Below are positions 14,401 through 26,298 of a stretch of DNA of 64,000 bases, one piece after another (positions within the stretch are counted from its first letter, which is position 1; every line of letters starts with the position of its first letter). Origin of the DNA: Spizellomyces punctatus DAOM BR117. Taxonomy: Eukaryota. The notes under the pieces are model-generated. The model was not told where the DNA came from and made no database searches. It was given only the letters and a program-made list of their open reading frames with translations. A program made the translations under genes and the position numbers. The stretch is from NCBI GenBank assembly GCA_000182565.2, contig KQ257451.1, one strand, 5' to 3'.

Positions 14401-14948
14401 CGCTTTTAGTGTGCGTTTGTGTGTTGCTTGCCGTCAGATGACTACTTTTGTCTCTAGATGGTTCACCCAAAACACTTTTTGCACAAGAGATTCCAAACGA
14501 TAAACGACAAGGATTTTTTTACTGTTCAATTTGTGAGCAAGATCTTTTTCACGCTTGTCGCAGTGTTTGATCGTGGTGACCAGTAAGACATGCCGATCAA
14601 ATCATGATGGCCAGCAAGAAACAGCAAAAATACTTGCTTTTGGTTCTTCATGTACGAGGATTGCGCAATGCAGATGGCGGTCTCGTTGCTACAATCTCTT
14701 AAACTCCCCATGCTTTGTTGGCTTTTGCTCCTTCTTGCTCATCCATGAATGCAAATACCCTTATCGCTAATGGAAAGTGGCAGTGGTACAGATGGGAAGA
14801 AAGAGCGCAATTCCAACAATGACCAAATCGCTGTGCATGCACTGTGGGGAAGGACATAAAAGGGCAGGATGTACAGTCCTTCCCCACAGTCCCAAATCCC
14901 AGTCGCCCAACCTCATATCCCACAAACACTCTCTCTCAAAGCAACACA

Positions 14949-16815
14949 ATGGTCAAGTTTGCCACCTCCACTGCGCTGGTCGCAGCTGCCCTTGCCTCTT
15001 CTGCTCTCACTGTCCTTGCCGCACCCGCTCCTACTACCCAGAGCGTGGACATTCCTTCCTTCCAGCGTGATCCCGCTTACGCTGTCTATGGCAAGGGTAC
15101 TGCAGCTCCACCTTCCTTTGGCCCGGTTGATGACAAGACCGCGGCTTTGTCGCACATTAGCGAACAGACTGGCGTCCCTGTGGGCGAGCTCGAGGTGACA
15201 GATGACTACTCTAGTGCCAACGGCGTTAGGCACATCTACGTTAAGAGGGTCTTGAACGGATACCGGGTAAGTGCGACTTTCGAAGCGGTAGATGCCTTGT
15301 GTGATGAAAGCGCGCTGACTTTTATATTTGCAAACCCAGATTGGTAACCAAGTCGGCAACATTTCAGTCAAGGACGGCAAGATCCTTTCCTTTGGAAACT
15401 CTTTTGCGCCTGCCAACAACTTCGCCCCACCAACCATTGACGAGCCCACCGCCAAGGTGAACGCCCAGCAAGCCATCCAGACCGCTGAGAAGGCATTGGG
15501 TCTCAAGGCAAACAGCATCAAGCCCTTCAACCGCTACGTTGAAAGCTCTGACAGTAAATACGAATTCGCTTGGACCTTCCAGGTCCAGTCTGCACCTGGT
15601 GCCAAAGACCTCAAGTGGTACGAAGTTGATGTGTCCGCCAAGACCGGAAAGATCATCAGTGTCACCAACTGGGTGAAAGACGCTTCTTACACTGTCGCCG
15701 ACTTCCGCGGGGCCGACCCCACCAAACAAATCATCACCGTGAAGGACCCCGCCAACGCTGTTGCCTCACCTAAAGGCTGGCACAACGATGGGACTACGGC
15801 CTTCACCGAGACCCGTGGTAACAACGCATTTGCGTACAACTCCTCTGGCGGTTCAAAGGTTACTGCCAAGGGCGGTGCTCAGAACAACTACAACACCAAA
15901 TACGACGTGAATGCCAATGCCAACACGGCCAGCAACAAGCAAGCCGCGATCGCGAACGTATTCTACGTTGCAAACAGCATGCACGATCTTTTCTACCAAT
16001 ACGGTTTCAACGAAGCTGCTGGAAACTTCCAAGTAAGCAACAATGGAAAGGGCGGACGGGGCAATGATGCCGTATCGATCAGCGCGCAGGATCCCAACGG
16101 TACAAACAACGCCAACTTTGCCACTCCACCTGACGGCCAAACACCTCAGATGAACATGTACGTCTTCACCAGTACCAAACCCACCAGGGATGGTGATTTG
16201 GAGAACGATATTCCCATTCATGAATACACTCACGGTATCAGTAACCGCCTGACGGGTGGACCCGCCAACTCCAACTGTCTCCGTACCACTGAGGCCGGTG
16301 GTATGGGTGAAGGTTGGTCTGACACCGCTGCTCTCTTCGTTCAGCGTCGTGCTACCCACACCCGCGACACCGACCTGGTCATGGGTGATTGGGTAACCGG
16401 AAACCCACGCGGTATCAGAACTCAACCCTACTCCACCAGCCTTCAGCGCAACACTCTCAAGTACTCCACCGTCGGCAGACTTAACGAGGTTCACGCCATT
16501 GGTGAAGTCTGGGCCACCATCTGGAACGAAGTCTACTGGAACTTGGTGGACCAGTCTGGCTTCTCTGACGATATTTTCAACGCTAACCAAGAGAAGGGTA
16601 ACATTGTCGCCTTCCAGCTCTTTGTTGACTCACTTGCCCTTCAACCTTGCAACCCAACCATGATTGCCGCCCGTGATGCCATTCTCCAAGCCGATGAGAA
16701 CCGTTACGACGGTAAATACAAGTGCGCCATCTGGAAAGGATTCGCCAAGAGGGGTATGGGTGCCAACGCTACCACTTCCAAGGTTGACGACTTTACCCTT
16801 CCTGCTGGATGTTAA
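14949..16815 (+). CDS. Fungalysin (M36) secreted metallopeptidase, intron 15267-15339
   Basis: Signal peptide MVKFATSTALVAAALAS; FTP-like propeptide; ASPKGWH, FYQYGFNEAAGNFQ, NNANFATPPDG, HEYTHGISNRLTGG (HExxH), GMGEGWSD, LQPCNPT, IWKGFAKRGMG. Confidence 0.96.
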
Positions 16816-17011
16816 TAGAGATGAATTTGGGTAGATGGGATTAGAATACCCTTCCATGACGTCTATGATACATATATACCTAGTGTAGATGCCTTTGTTA
16901 TATGGTAGATACTTTTTGTTTAGCACTGCGGGTTCGGTGTGCAGCACTCTATGATAAACTGAAAATAATACGGTTTTGTTGATCACATTTGAGACATCGA
17001 GACATTTCTTG

Positions 17012-17146
17012 TTATGTGGGCAATGACAAAAGACAAAACACCAGCGTCCAATGGGTCTGGCGAGTGCCAGCCCGGATAAAGCTAACTAGCTGCTAGACCC
17101 TAATTATGCTTATGCGATATAGAACGGTTGGTCTAACCGGGTAACT
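17012..17146 (-). ncRNA. Diverged omegaRNA-like remnant homologous to the right end of the 40753-41477 element
   Basis: Reverse complement shares AGTTACCCGGTTAGA(c/a)CAACCGT..TAT.GCAT..CTAG..TAGT with 41319-41376, then GCTTTATCC, hairpin GGGCTGGC/GCCAGACCC, ATT..TGGTGT..TTTGTCATTGCC, CACATAA, in the same order as 41405-41479. Confidence 0.55.
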
Positions 17147-17376
17147 TTGTTTATGCTCGTCCAACCATCGGATCACGTGATCCACCAGCCGCTTCATGTC
17201 CCGTCATTCTCGTGTACGTGAATGTCGAATGAGAGTTCCATTTTACTCGTGATAGGGCCCAAGGAAGATCTTCCATTCAGACGCTTGAATAAGGGTGGAT
17301 TTGCCTCCTCTAAGTGCTGCTTATGCTAGACAGCATAGTGATCTACGAGAATACACGAGTTCTCTGACCGCCAGAT

Positions 17377-20300
17377 ATGGGGGACGCGGACAAAGAGCGC
17401 GAGGAAAAACTGAAATTGGCGAGGAAGAAGGTGGGTCTCTAAACAGGAACTGTGGGCGTTATGTTGGGAACTATCTTTTGCCAAGTTGATTAAACCGCTT
17501 TGCTTTGCTGCAGTTGAACAAGTTTCGGCAAAAGAAGGTAACAACTTCCGGTGACGCTGGAGATGCAAAGGTAGCTACATGGGTGGACCGTTCTCTCTAT
17601 CTGTAAAATTGAATGCTGAGAACGACTTGTAATTCAGGACTACTCGACGGAGCGTCTGATGCCTTCAAACAAGCTCAATGGCTCAACGACGTCCCTAGAA
17701 TCTGTTGAGATTGGAGGCGAAGAAAACACGCTGGGCTCTGGGCCAGTGCCAGCACAGAAAGCAAATACTGGGGTCGTTTCGGCTGGACTGCCTCCTCCAC
17801 CACCATCCTCAGCACTGCCACCGCAAGCATATACTGCTGCTCCACGGGGAAGAGTATACGATCCTGAGGTCCTGAAACCGGACATATCACAAGGTGAACT
17901 TGAAAAACCAGCGACAGAGGGAAATACCAATGATGGAGGGTCTTTTTTGGGTGGGTGGATGGGGAGAATTATTGGCCGAACGCCCTCATCGCCGTCAGCA
18001 CCATCCATACATCCAGATCACCATACGAGTGTGGAGGCTCATACCGTTGGCGTGCCAAGGAATAATGCAACAGATGGTCAAGATCAGTCACCACTATCCA
18101 TTACACCGCAATCAACCTCACCTGTCCATGCTCCTCCAAAGTCGCCTTATGCTTACACCCAATCACCTTCCGTCTCACATCCAACCCCGACTTTGCAATC
18201 TGGTGCGTATTCGACATCAGATAATTTGCACAAAATAAATGAGCTGCAAGCCGCTTTGGAAGTCGCTCGACTGGAAACGAAACAAGAGCACGACGCTCGC
18301 ATGGCGGTCGAGCAGCGAGTTACCATCTTGACAGCGCAGATTAACGGTGCTCTGGAGCGAATGGTAAAGGAGAAACAAAGTTTGGTGGAGAAGCTTGCGT
18401 CTGCCGAACAGGAAAGAGATGCGGCAATTCAGGAAACAGAGAGATTGAAGGTTGACAAAGAGGGAACTTCATCAAGCAATGCACAACTGCAAGAACGAGA
18501 GGAGGGTGTTCTTGTCTTGGAAGAAGAAATTAGGGCGAGGCTGAAGGAAGTTGAACGATGGAGCAATGAGGTTTCGGAAAGGGAAAGGGAATTTTCAAGG
18601 GAAAAGGAACGGGTGGAAAATATGCTCCGACAAGTCGAAGAGGCGAAGGCAGCGGTTGAGACCGAGCGCATAGAGCTGGAACGTTTGCGAGACTTGGGGG
18701 GCATGAAGGCGACAGAGGGTGGCGATGGGTCACCACACGACGAGATGCTGGCTGAAATCCAGCGAGCAGGGGAGGAGCTAGAAGATGAAAAGCGTGCAGT
18801 GGAGGAAATGAGGCAGCGTGCTGAGAACTTACTTGTTCAACATGAACGCTTCAAGGTTGATATGGAAAAGGAGCGTCACGCAATTCACGAGGAAAGAGCG
18901 ACGCTGATGGAGGAACAAGCCCAGTTGCAAGCGGCAAAGGTTGCAGTTGCCACCCAATATCAACAAATTGAGGAAGCTAGGCAGGCAGTGGAAGACGAGC
19001 AACAAAACCTTTATGAGGCTCGACGAAGACTAGAGGCGGATACGGCTGCCCTGGAAGCTAGAGAATCGGTTTCCGCGAACATTACTGGGCATCAAGACCA
19101 ACCGGGGAGCTTGGAGCTTGAAGCTGAGCGTGCAGCTCTTGGTGCTCGTGAGTCAGAACTGCAGAAACAATTTGATGCGCTGAATGAGAGGGCGTCAAGT
19201 ATCGACCGGAGCGCTAGGGAAGTAAGCGAAGCGCAGCGGTTGCTCGAGGCAGATAAACGATCATTGGAAGCCCAACGGACGCAACTATCAGAAAGAGAAG
19301 ATAAGTTTCGCAAAATATCCGAAGAGTTTCTGGCTCGGCAAGAGCAATCCAATATCGAAGCGGATCAAGTGGCCCGTGACAGGGTGGCTGCCGAGACGCT
19401 TCGTAGACAGGTTGAGATGGAACGAGCAAAGCTTAGTGTTGAGCGCGCGGCTGTTGAGGCGGCCGAGGCCAAAGTGGCCGCTGATCGCGCAGCTCTTGCA
19501 GACAGAGAGGGAAAATTACAACGGTGGGCTGAAGAGATCGGCCATAAGCAGAGTTCTGTGAACGAGGAGAGGCGCCGATTGGAGGACCAAAGAAACCGTA
19601 TTGAGGAATCAAGAAAGGTGGTGGAGACGGAGCGCAGAACTTTGGATGCAGATCGCGCTGCCTTTGCCGAGAGAGAGGTCAAGTATCGCGAATTAATGGA
19701 CGAACTATTGGCTAAGCAGGCCACAGTACGCGAGGAAGGAATCAGAGTAGAGCAATTGAGAATACAGTATGAGAAAGACCGTAGCCAACTGGAGCAAGAC
19801 CGTCGATTGCTTTTGGAGCGGGAAGGGCAATTGCGTCAGCGAACGCAAGAGTTACTGGCCGGACAAGATGCCGCAACAGAAGAAGCTCAGCGAGCGGCAG
19901 ACCTGAGACGGCAATGCGACATAGATAGGGCCCAGCTTGAAACCGAACGAACGGCACTTTTGGAGAGGGAAGCCAAGCACAAGCAGGCCGTCGAGGAGTT
20001 TTTGAAGCAGCGCCAGGCTGCCAATGAAGCAGCCGCCCGAACTTCAGAGAAGCAACGTCAGTTGGAAATTGATCGGGTCACACTTTCAGAGAGGGAAGCT
20101 CTGGCTAACCGAGCGCTGGAAGATCACGCTGCCAAGCAGCGAGAGTTGGATGGTGCTATTCGAACCTTCAACGAATTCAAGGCACAGCTAGATTCCGCCA
20201 TGCAGCAGCGGGAGGCTAGTTTACAGGACGAAAAGCGAGAGCTCGAGGCAGAGCGAGCGGCTATCAAACAACACGCCGCCAAGGAACGCGCAGAGATGGA

Positions 20301-22302
20301 AGCCCAGATGAGAGTGGAACGAGCCAAGTTGGAGGAATCCTTGAGGATGGTGGAAGCTGACCGAGCTGCCGTCAGCAAGAGGGAAGAAACAGTGCGAAAG
20401 TCGATGGAAGATATTGACAAAAAGAAAGTTGTGTTAGCCGAAGAGTTGGGCAAAATCGATGTGGAGCGGAGTCGAGTGGCCGTTTTGAGAGCACAGGTTG
20501 AACAGGAACGTGTGGAGACGGAAGCAAAACTCAGGACTATAACTGCAAAAGAAGCGGAACTTGCTCGTGCTCTGTCAAATGCACCTGGCTCATTGAAGAG
20601 TTTGGGTGGCGAATCTCCAGAGCGTGTCAAGACTCTTGAGACACAGATCGCACAACTGTCGCTGGAAAGGGACACATTGCGCGAGCGTCTCTCTACTGCA
20701 CTTACGACACACGAAGCGGCCGCAAGGCAGATGAGCTTGCATGGCACTGATGTGCAATCATTACGGGATCGAATTGCGGAGTTGGAAAGGGAGAACCGAA
20801 GCTTTCAAAGTAATGTTTTGCGGCTAACCGACATGCTCGAAAATGAGAGGCGGAAAGATATTGGCGGTGTGGGCATAGGCAAAGGGCCGTCCATCCTGAC
20901 CTCTCCAGTCCCATCTGTCCATACCCATGTAGATGACCGCGTGCATGCATTGGAACTGGAGCTTGCCCGATTACGAACCGCAGTGGGGCAAAATGGCCAT
21001 CCACTCGGGAATGCGGAGCAACAGGGCCTTGCCAACGACAACCGAGGAAGCGACGTTGTGAAACCGTCAATTCAAGCGTGGACTGGCCCCGACAAACTTT
21101 TGTCAGAAGCTGGTGCTGGTGAAAGAGAAGGAAAAACCACGCATGACCTACTTAATGTGATAGTGGCACTGACAAGGTACGTGCGCTACATGTGGGCGGG
21201 AGAGCTGACAACATGAACTAACGTGTGCTCTGTCGATAGTACGAACCAAAGTCTTAGCAACAAGCTGGAAGAGTTGGGATCTCAGCATCGACCACCAGGA
21301 ACGTTACCAATGCCAGTACCCTCTCCCATCCCACCCAGTTCTATGGCACCGCAGGCCCGTACACCTCGTATTCCTGATGTGCGTCCACAGCAAGATCAGC
21401 ATAGCCGGTATTACGACGGGTATGATCGACCTCCATTTCCAGAAGCAGGGGGATCATTTTACGGTGCAGCCGGTAGAGACACGCACCAGGCTGACTATCC
21501 TCGACGACCCACCAGTCCGTATGTTGGCAAAGGTCGTCAGGAGGAAGGGTACGCGACCGACTATGATTATGAAACTGGGCGCGGACTGAGGAGAGGACGG
21601 CCTGTCGTACCTGCTCCTGTGTATTCAAATGGGGATCGTAAAGTGTCTGTCGCGTCCGTGCGCTCTGAGTACAAGGATGCTGATGGAAGTAGAGGGCAAG
21701 CCACACGGAAAGTGGGCGGGGTCTCCGTGCCAGATGCCGCCGGAAACAGCAGTAGAAGAGAATCGGAAGCACACAGGGGGTCAAGGGGACCATCGACTAC
21801 TCGTCCTGGCCCTTACCAGACTACGCGAAGAATGAGTATCACCTCGGATCGCTCAGATGCTGCTAGCCATACATCCACGTATTCCACCGCAACAGCTGCT
21901 GCTGCCGCTGCAGCTGCCCGAACAGCTGCATTGAGAGCAAAATTAGAGGCTGCAAGAGCACGAGTTGGTGGCGAAAGCACTGCAGCCCCTAATCTTACAA
22001 GTGCCAGCGTTCCTGCTCCGGTTCCGTTGCCCGAAGCGGTTCGACCACCGCAACCCACTAGGTATCGCAACCCTCCACAAGGAGCACCACGATCATCTTC
22101 CGCAGATCGCGACAAGGACCGCGAAGAAAGGCCGAGAAGACCCAGTGGACGACACCCACCATCTGAGGCTACCACGGGTATGCAATTGTACTTTAGTAAT
22201 GAGGATTTAGCCGGATTCAGCGAAACTACCAAGAGAATCTTGTTTGGGGAGGGAGAAGGTGGTAGTAGTAGAAGTGGACATGGGTCAACCAGAGGGGCAT
22301 GA
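17377..22302 (+). CDS. Large coiled-coil protein (golgin/pericentrin-like N-terminus), about 1600 aa, 4 exons
   Basis: Exons 1-2 read MGDADKEREEKLKLARKK/LNKFRQKK; long E/R/Q/A heptad region in the 17659-21216 ORF; intron near 21177-21239; low-complexity C-terminus. Confidence 0.8.
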
Positions 22303-22688
22303 GCTTGTGCAGTTGTATGGAAACAATGCGGAGCGTGTATTTTCTTGACACGAGCTGTCATGTGGGGATGGGTGATTGTAAAGACCTCTTTCTTTTGCTT
22401 TTATGTTGATTTTAATTGATGATTTTTTTCTACATGGTATTGGATGTATGTTGCCATCTGATGGACATTGCTCATATATACGGAATTTCCAAATCGGCGG
22501 CTGCTGTAAAAAGCTTCTTGTCAAGTGAACGGCAGTGGTATTATAGTGGGCAACTACGTGGATGTATTCTACCGTTTTTTGTGGGACTTGCATTGGGGTT
22601 TTGCCGCTGTTTAATGTCAACGTGGATCCGCAGCTCATCCAGTGGTCGTAATAGCTATGAAGGAAAACACTTTTAGTGAATGTAACCT

Positions 22689-22759
22689 GCATTGGTGGTT
22701 TAGTGGCATAATTACCGCCTGCCACGCGGTAGACCCGAGTTCGATTCTCGGCCAATGCA
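22689..22759 (+). tRNA. tRNA-Gly (GCC)
   Basis: GCATTGG/CCAATGC acceptor stem, anticodon arm ACCGC-CT-GCC-AC-GCGGT, GTTCGATTC T-loop, downstream T-run Pol III terminator near 22778. Confidence 0.95.
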
Positions 22760-24810
22760 TTAGTGTAACACAGGATCTTTTTTTTGTCCAACGGTTGCTG
22801 AAGGGAAAGCCTCTCCGCCCTGTAATGAGCTGCACATGACAAATGAGCTAGTTCCATTTAAAGTCATGAAAGGTTGCCAGCTGGCGATAGTTAGTGGCAG
22901 GGGCAGGGAATAAGCCGAATGCAAACGTTTCTGATGTTCGGGCAAAAGGCGATATGCCCAGAGGTAAACCCTAGCCGTTGAGCAAGAGCTCAGGCGCTGC
23001 AAGAGTGAGATAACTCTATCTGATGACTGCAAATGCCAAAGGCCTAGAGCAGACTCATTGTGGAAGAACATTTGTTGTATTTTTCACTTGATGTAACATG
23101 CATATGTCGACATGGCTTCCAGAATTTGTGAGAATCCCAATTGTGGCATGGAATTGTGTAAAAGGATGGAAAGGGTAAAATTGGTCGGAGGAATGCCGCT
23201 AATCGTGTCTACTGCATCACTTGTCCGTTAAAATGGGTGATTTTCTACCAGTGTGCAGGGGACGCTGCATCTATCCCAGTCCAGATCTGCTTAGGAGAGG
23301 AACGTAGACGAGGAAAGTCTGTAGTAGGAGTCTGACCTAGAGCAAGGACAATGCGATGTGGCCATCCTGACGAGTCCAATAATTCTCATCTGATGGATGG
23401 AAGGTAGGGAGGGTCATCCGGCCTCGCTAGATCTGTCGGTGTATTGATGCAACTTTTGGAGCGGGAGTATACCATGACTCGGAATGGGTATTGTATTGGA
23501 ATAGGCTTTGTGTATATACGCTGTCTTTGTTATTGCAACAGACGTTATGTGTATACGCTTGTGTTTGTTATCTTGGATGATCCTTTGATGAGTTTGGCCC
23601 TCGTTGAACCTGACGATCTGGGGATGTTGGAATATCGTTGACGGGGTTATGAGATACGGAAAAAGCATAGTTGCAAAATGCCCCACGCATCAACGTTTCT
23701 CTTGTATGGTGAATTCGACCATCTTTACTACACCAGCATCCTCACAAAATATGCGCAGCTCATCCCGATGCTCCGCTTTCTCGCCCCCCGCTCCGTTGTC
23801 ATCCGCCGACCTTGACAGGATTTGGCACGATAACTCATTGCAAATTCGTGCTGGCCCAAAATAAGATGCAGATTTTACTGACCAACGGGCGGTAAGCTTG
23901 AGTAAACTTAACCCAAAAGAGCCTGTTGCGTTCATACTGTAAAAGGTGCGCCAGCATACTATTAGAATAAAATGAATGAGGAACGGACTGTCTCTCCCTC
24001 TCTCAAAACTAAGGATCACTATCAAGTAAAACGCATATCATGCATATGGCACCTTATTCTACTCAGGGCCTTTCATGAAATGCTGGTCGATATCATGATG
24101 GACAGGTATGATCCATTTTGCAAAGCCTTGTACTATTTCCCAAGCCCAAAAGTTTTGGGTTCACAAGATACTTAGTTCATAACGTCAAATTTCACAGATG
24201 CCGAACAGAATGGGGAAACCATCGCTCTGTGACTATGAGGCGCTTCATGGAGACGTTTTCAACGTCACTTGATCTCATACTTGGACACGAATGGCATTCT
24301 TACAGAAGTGATAGAGTCCAAGAACAAGGGAATAGAACTGGAAAGAACGTATTGCAGCTCTCAGCATGATCAATCGGGAACATCAAACCTTTTACATCGA
24401 ACTCTCTGGGTATGGCGAAACAGTCTGCAAAGCACATACATTTGTGCATCAGCACCCTGCCTAAACTGTCCAGTTGGATATCAAAGTTTGGTCTCTGCGA
24501 TCTATTTACATGAAGCGACTATCACACGATGATTTTGGTACACAAGAATGGCAGATAGACCATGTCATCCCCGCATCACATATTTCCAAAATTTAACTAT
24601 GTGCACGACTATTCTCCCCCATCAAATGAGGGATGTCGGCAATTACAACTGTCCCCTCCATCAAATGATGGATATCAAGTGCTTTTTGCCGCACGTTTCC
24701 TTGTATCTGCAATATGCGACGCTGCGCAGTAGAAGTTTGTCCGCCACTCCGGACGCGCGTCAATTTCCGAAAGTTAATTAAGAGTATTACTAGGCAACCC
24801 GCATGTCAGC

Positions 24811-24818
24811 TATATAAA
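24811..24818 (+). promoter_or_regulatory. TATA box upstream of the structured repeat array
   Basis: TATATAAA about 30 nt before a C-rich tract and a 12-bp perfect hairpin. Confidence 0.45.
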
Positions 24819-24892
24819 CGGGTAGAACGCGCCCCTCCTCGCTCCCCCTGCAGCGATTGCATCGCTGCAGGGTCCTCAGAGGTATCCAGTTC

Positions 24893-25441
24893 TTGGCGGG
24901 TTCGGTTTATCCGAGCACAACTCTCCGTTGGGTTCGCCTGATGGAGGTTAGGACGTGTGTGTTTTCACTCTGTCCGACGCCAAAGGGTGGATATCTCCCA
25001 AGTTGCTTTGGGTACCTGCTCTGCAATGATGCGGGGTGGGTGTTGGCGGGTTCGGTTTATCCGAGCACATCTCTCCAATGGGTTCTTCTCATGGAGGTTA
25101 GGACATGTGTGTTGTCACTCTGTCCGACGCCAAAGGGTGGATATTCTCCCAAGTTGCCTCGGGTACCGTGCCCTGTATCGTGCGGAGTCCAGTTCTTGGC
25201 GGGTTCGGTTTATCCGAGCACATCTCTCCAATGGGTTCTTCTCATGGAGGTTAGGACATGTGTGTTGTCACTCTGTCCGACGCCAAAGGGTGGATATTCT
25301 CCCAAGTTGCCTCGGGTACCGTGCCCTGTATCGTGCGGAGTCCAGTTCTAAGGGCGGGTTCGGTTTATTCGAGCACATCTCTCCATTGGGTTCGCCTGAT
25401 GGAGGTTAGGACGTGTGTGAACTTTCACTCTGTCCGACGCC
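24893..25441 (+). repeat. Tandem array of about 3.6 copies of a 150-155 bp unit with conserved predicted RNA structure
   Basis: GGCGGGTTCGGTTTAT recurs at 24895, 25045, 25198 and 25353; copies 2 and 3 are near-identical; followed by a 21-nt poly(C) at 25452-25472. Confidence 0.95.
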
Positions 25442-25840
25442 AGGCTGGATTCCCCCCCCCCCCCCCCCCCCCAGAGGTGGGCTTGTTGGTTTTTCCATTT
25501 GAACTCCGTTGTATACTGCTAACGGATATCTTCATGTAGGAACTATTAACATTTCTTATCTTCATATAGGACCAAAATGCTGCGGGATATATGACCGGTC
25601 AGTGATTAAGAAGAATCGAGCTGGTAAGGTTTTGTGAGCACATTGTCTTCGTATCTCTCAGAAATTTAAGGCGTTCATACAATATAGATTCGGACACGTA
25701 CGCTTTCCTCAAACCTCCGCCGCCTGTTCTCCCCCTTTTCGGTTCCGGACGATGCTCGCCAAAGTAACATCAAGACCGAGATTCAGAAGACGTACGGTTC
25801 CTTTCAAGAAACACAAGAATCGTTTATGACTGGACAAGTC

Positions 25841-26010
25841 GAATGGGAATGGGAATAAATGTGAATATGGATGGGAATGGGAAGAACTGTGAATGGGAAT
25901 GGGAATCATGTATAAATCTCGATGTAAATGGGAATGCAATGATGGGATGGGCGCTGTGGATGTCGAATGGGAATGGGAATAAATGGATATGCAATGATGG
26001 GGATGGGCGG
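25841..26010 (+). repeat. Degenerate (GGGAAT)n / GAATGG hexamer repeat tract
   Basis: Repeated GAATGGGAATGGGAAT blocks near 25841, 25891 and 25965. Confidence 0.7.
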
Positions 26011-26298
26011 AAGGTTGCTGGGTAATAAACTATCTTATATCACATTCTTCATTGCTATTTCAAAATGCTCGTTATGCCTTTTGCATTTGGATTCACTGCA
26101 AGTTCAATGCCATGCAAATATCACTATCTCTTCGTTCCCCATTTTTGTCCGAAATTTTTGTACCACTGGATGAGTCAGCTCTGATGTACGAGATCATGGG
26201 GGATATGACCTCTGAATTTTTTGTTTACTGATGTTTACTACTCGAACTTGTGCATAAGAATACTAGAAGAGAGCGCTTGGATTGGACGTTTACCCATC

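Noticed and set aside
24893-25441. Array read as a CRISPR array, hammerhead ribozyme, U1 snRNA or 5S rRNA
   Set aside because: There are no unique spacers; CTGATGG lacks the CUGANGA..GAAA core; there is no ATACTTACCTG 5' end or 5S similarity.
24714-25539. Repetitive ORFs across the array as real proteins
   Set aside because: ORFs are open in several frames, unit lengths of 150/153/155 break the frame, and variation follows base-pairing rather than codons.
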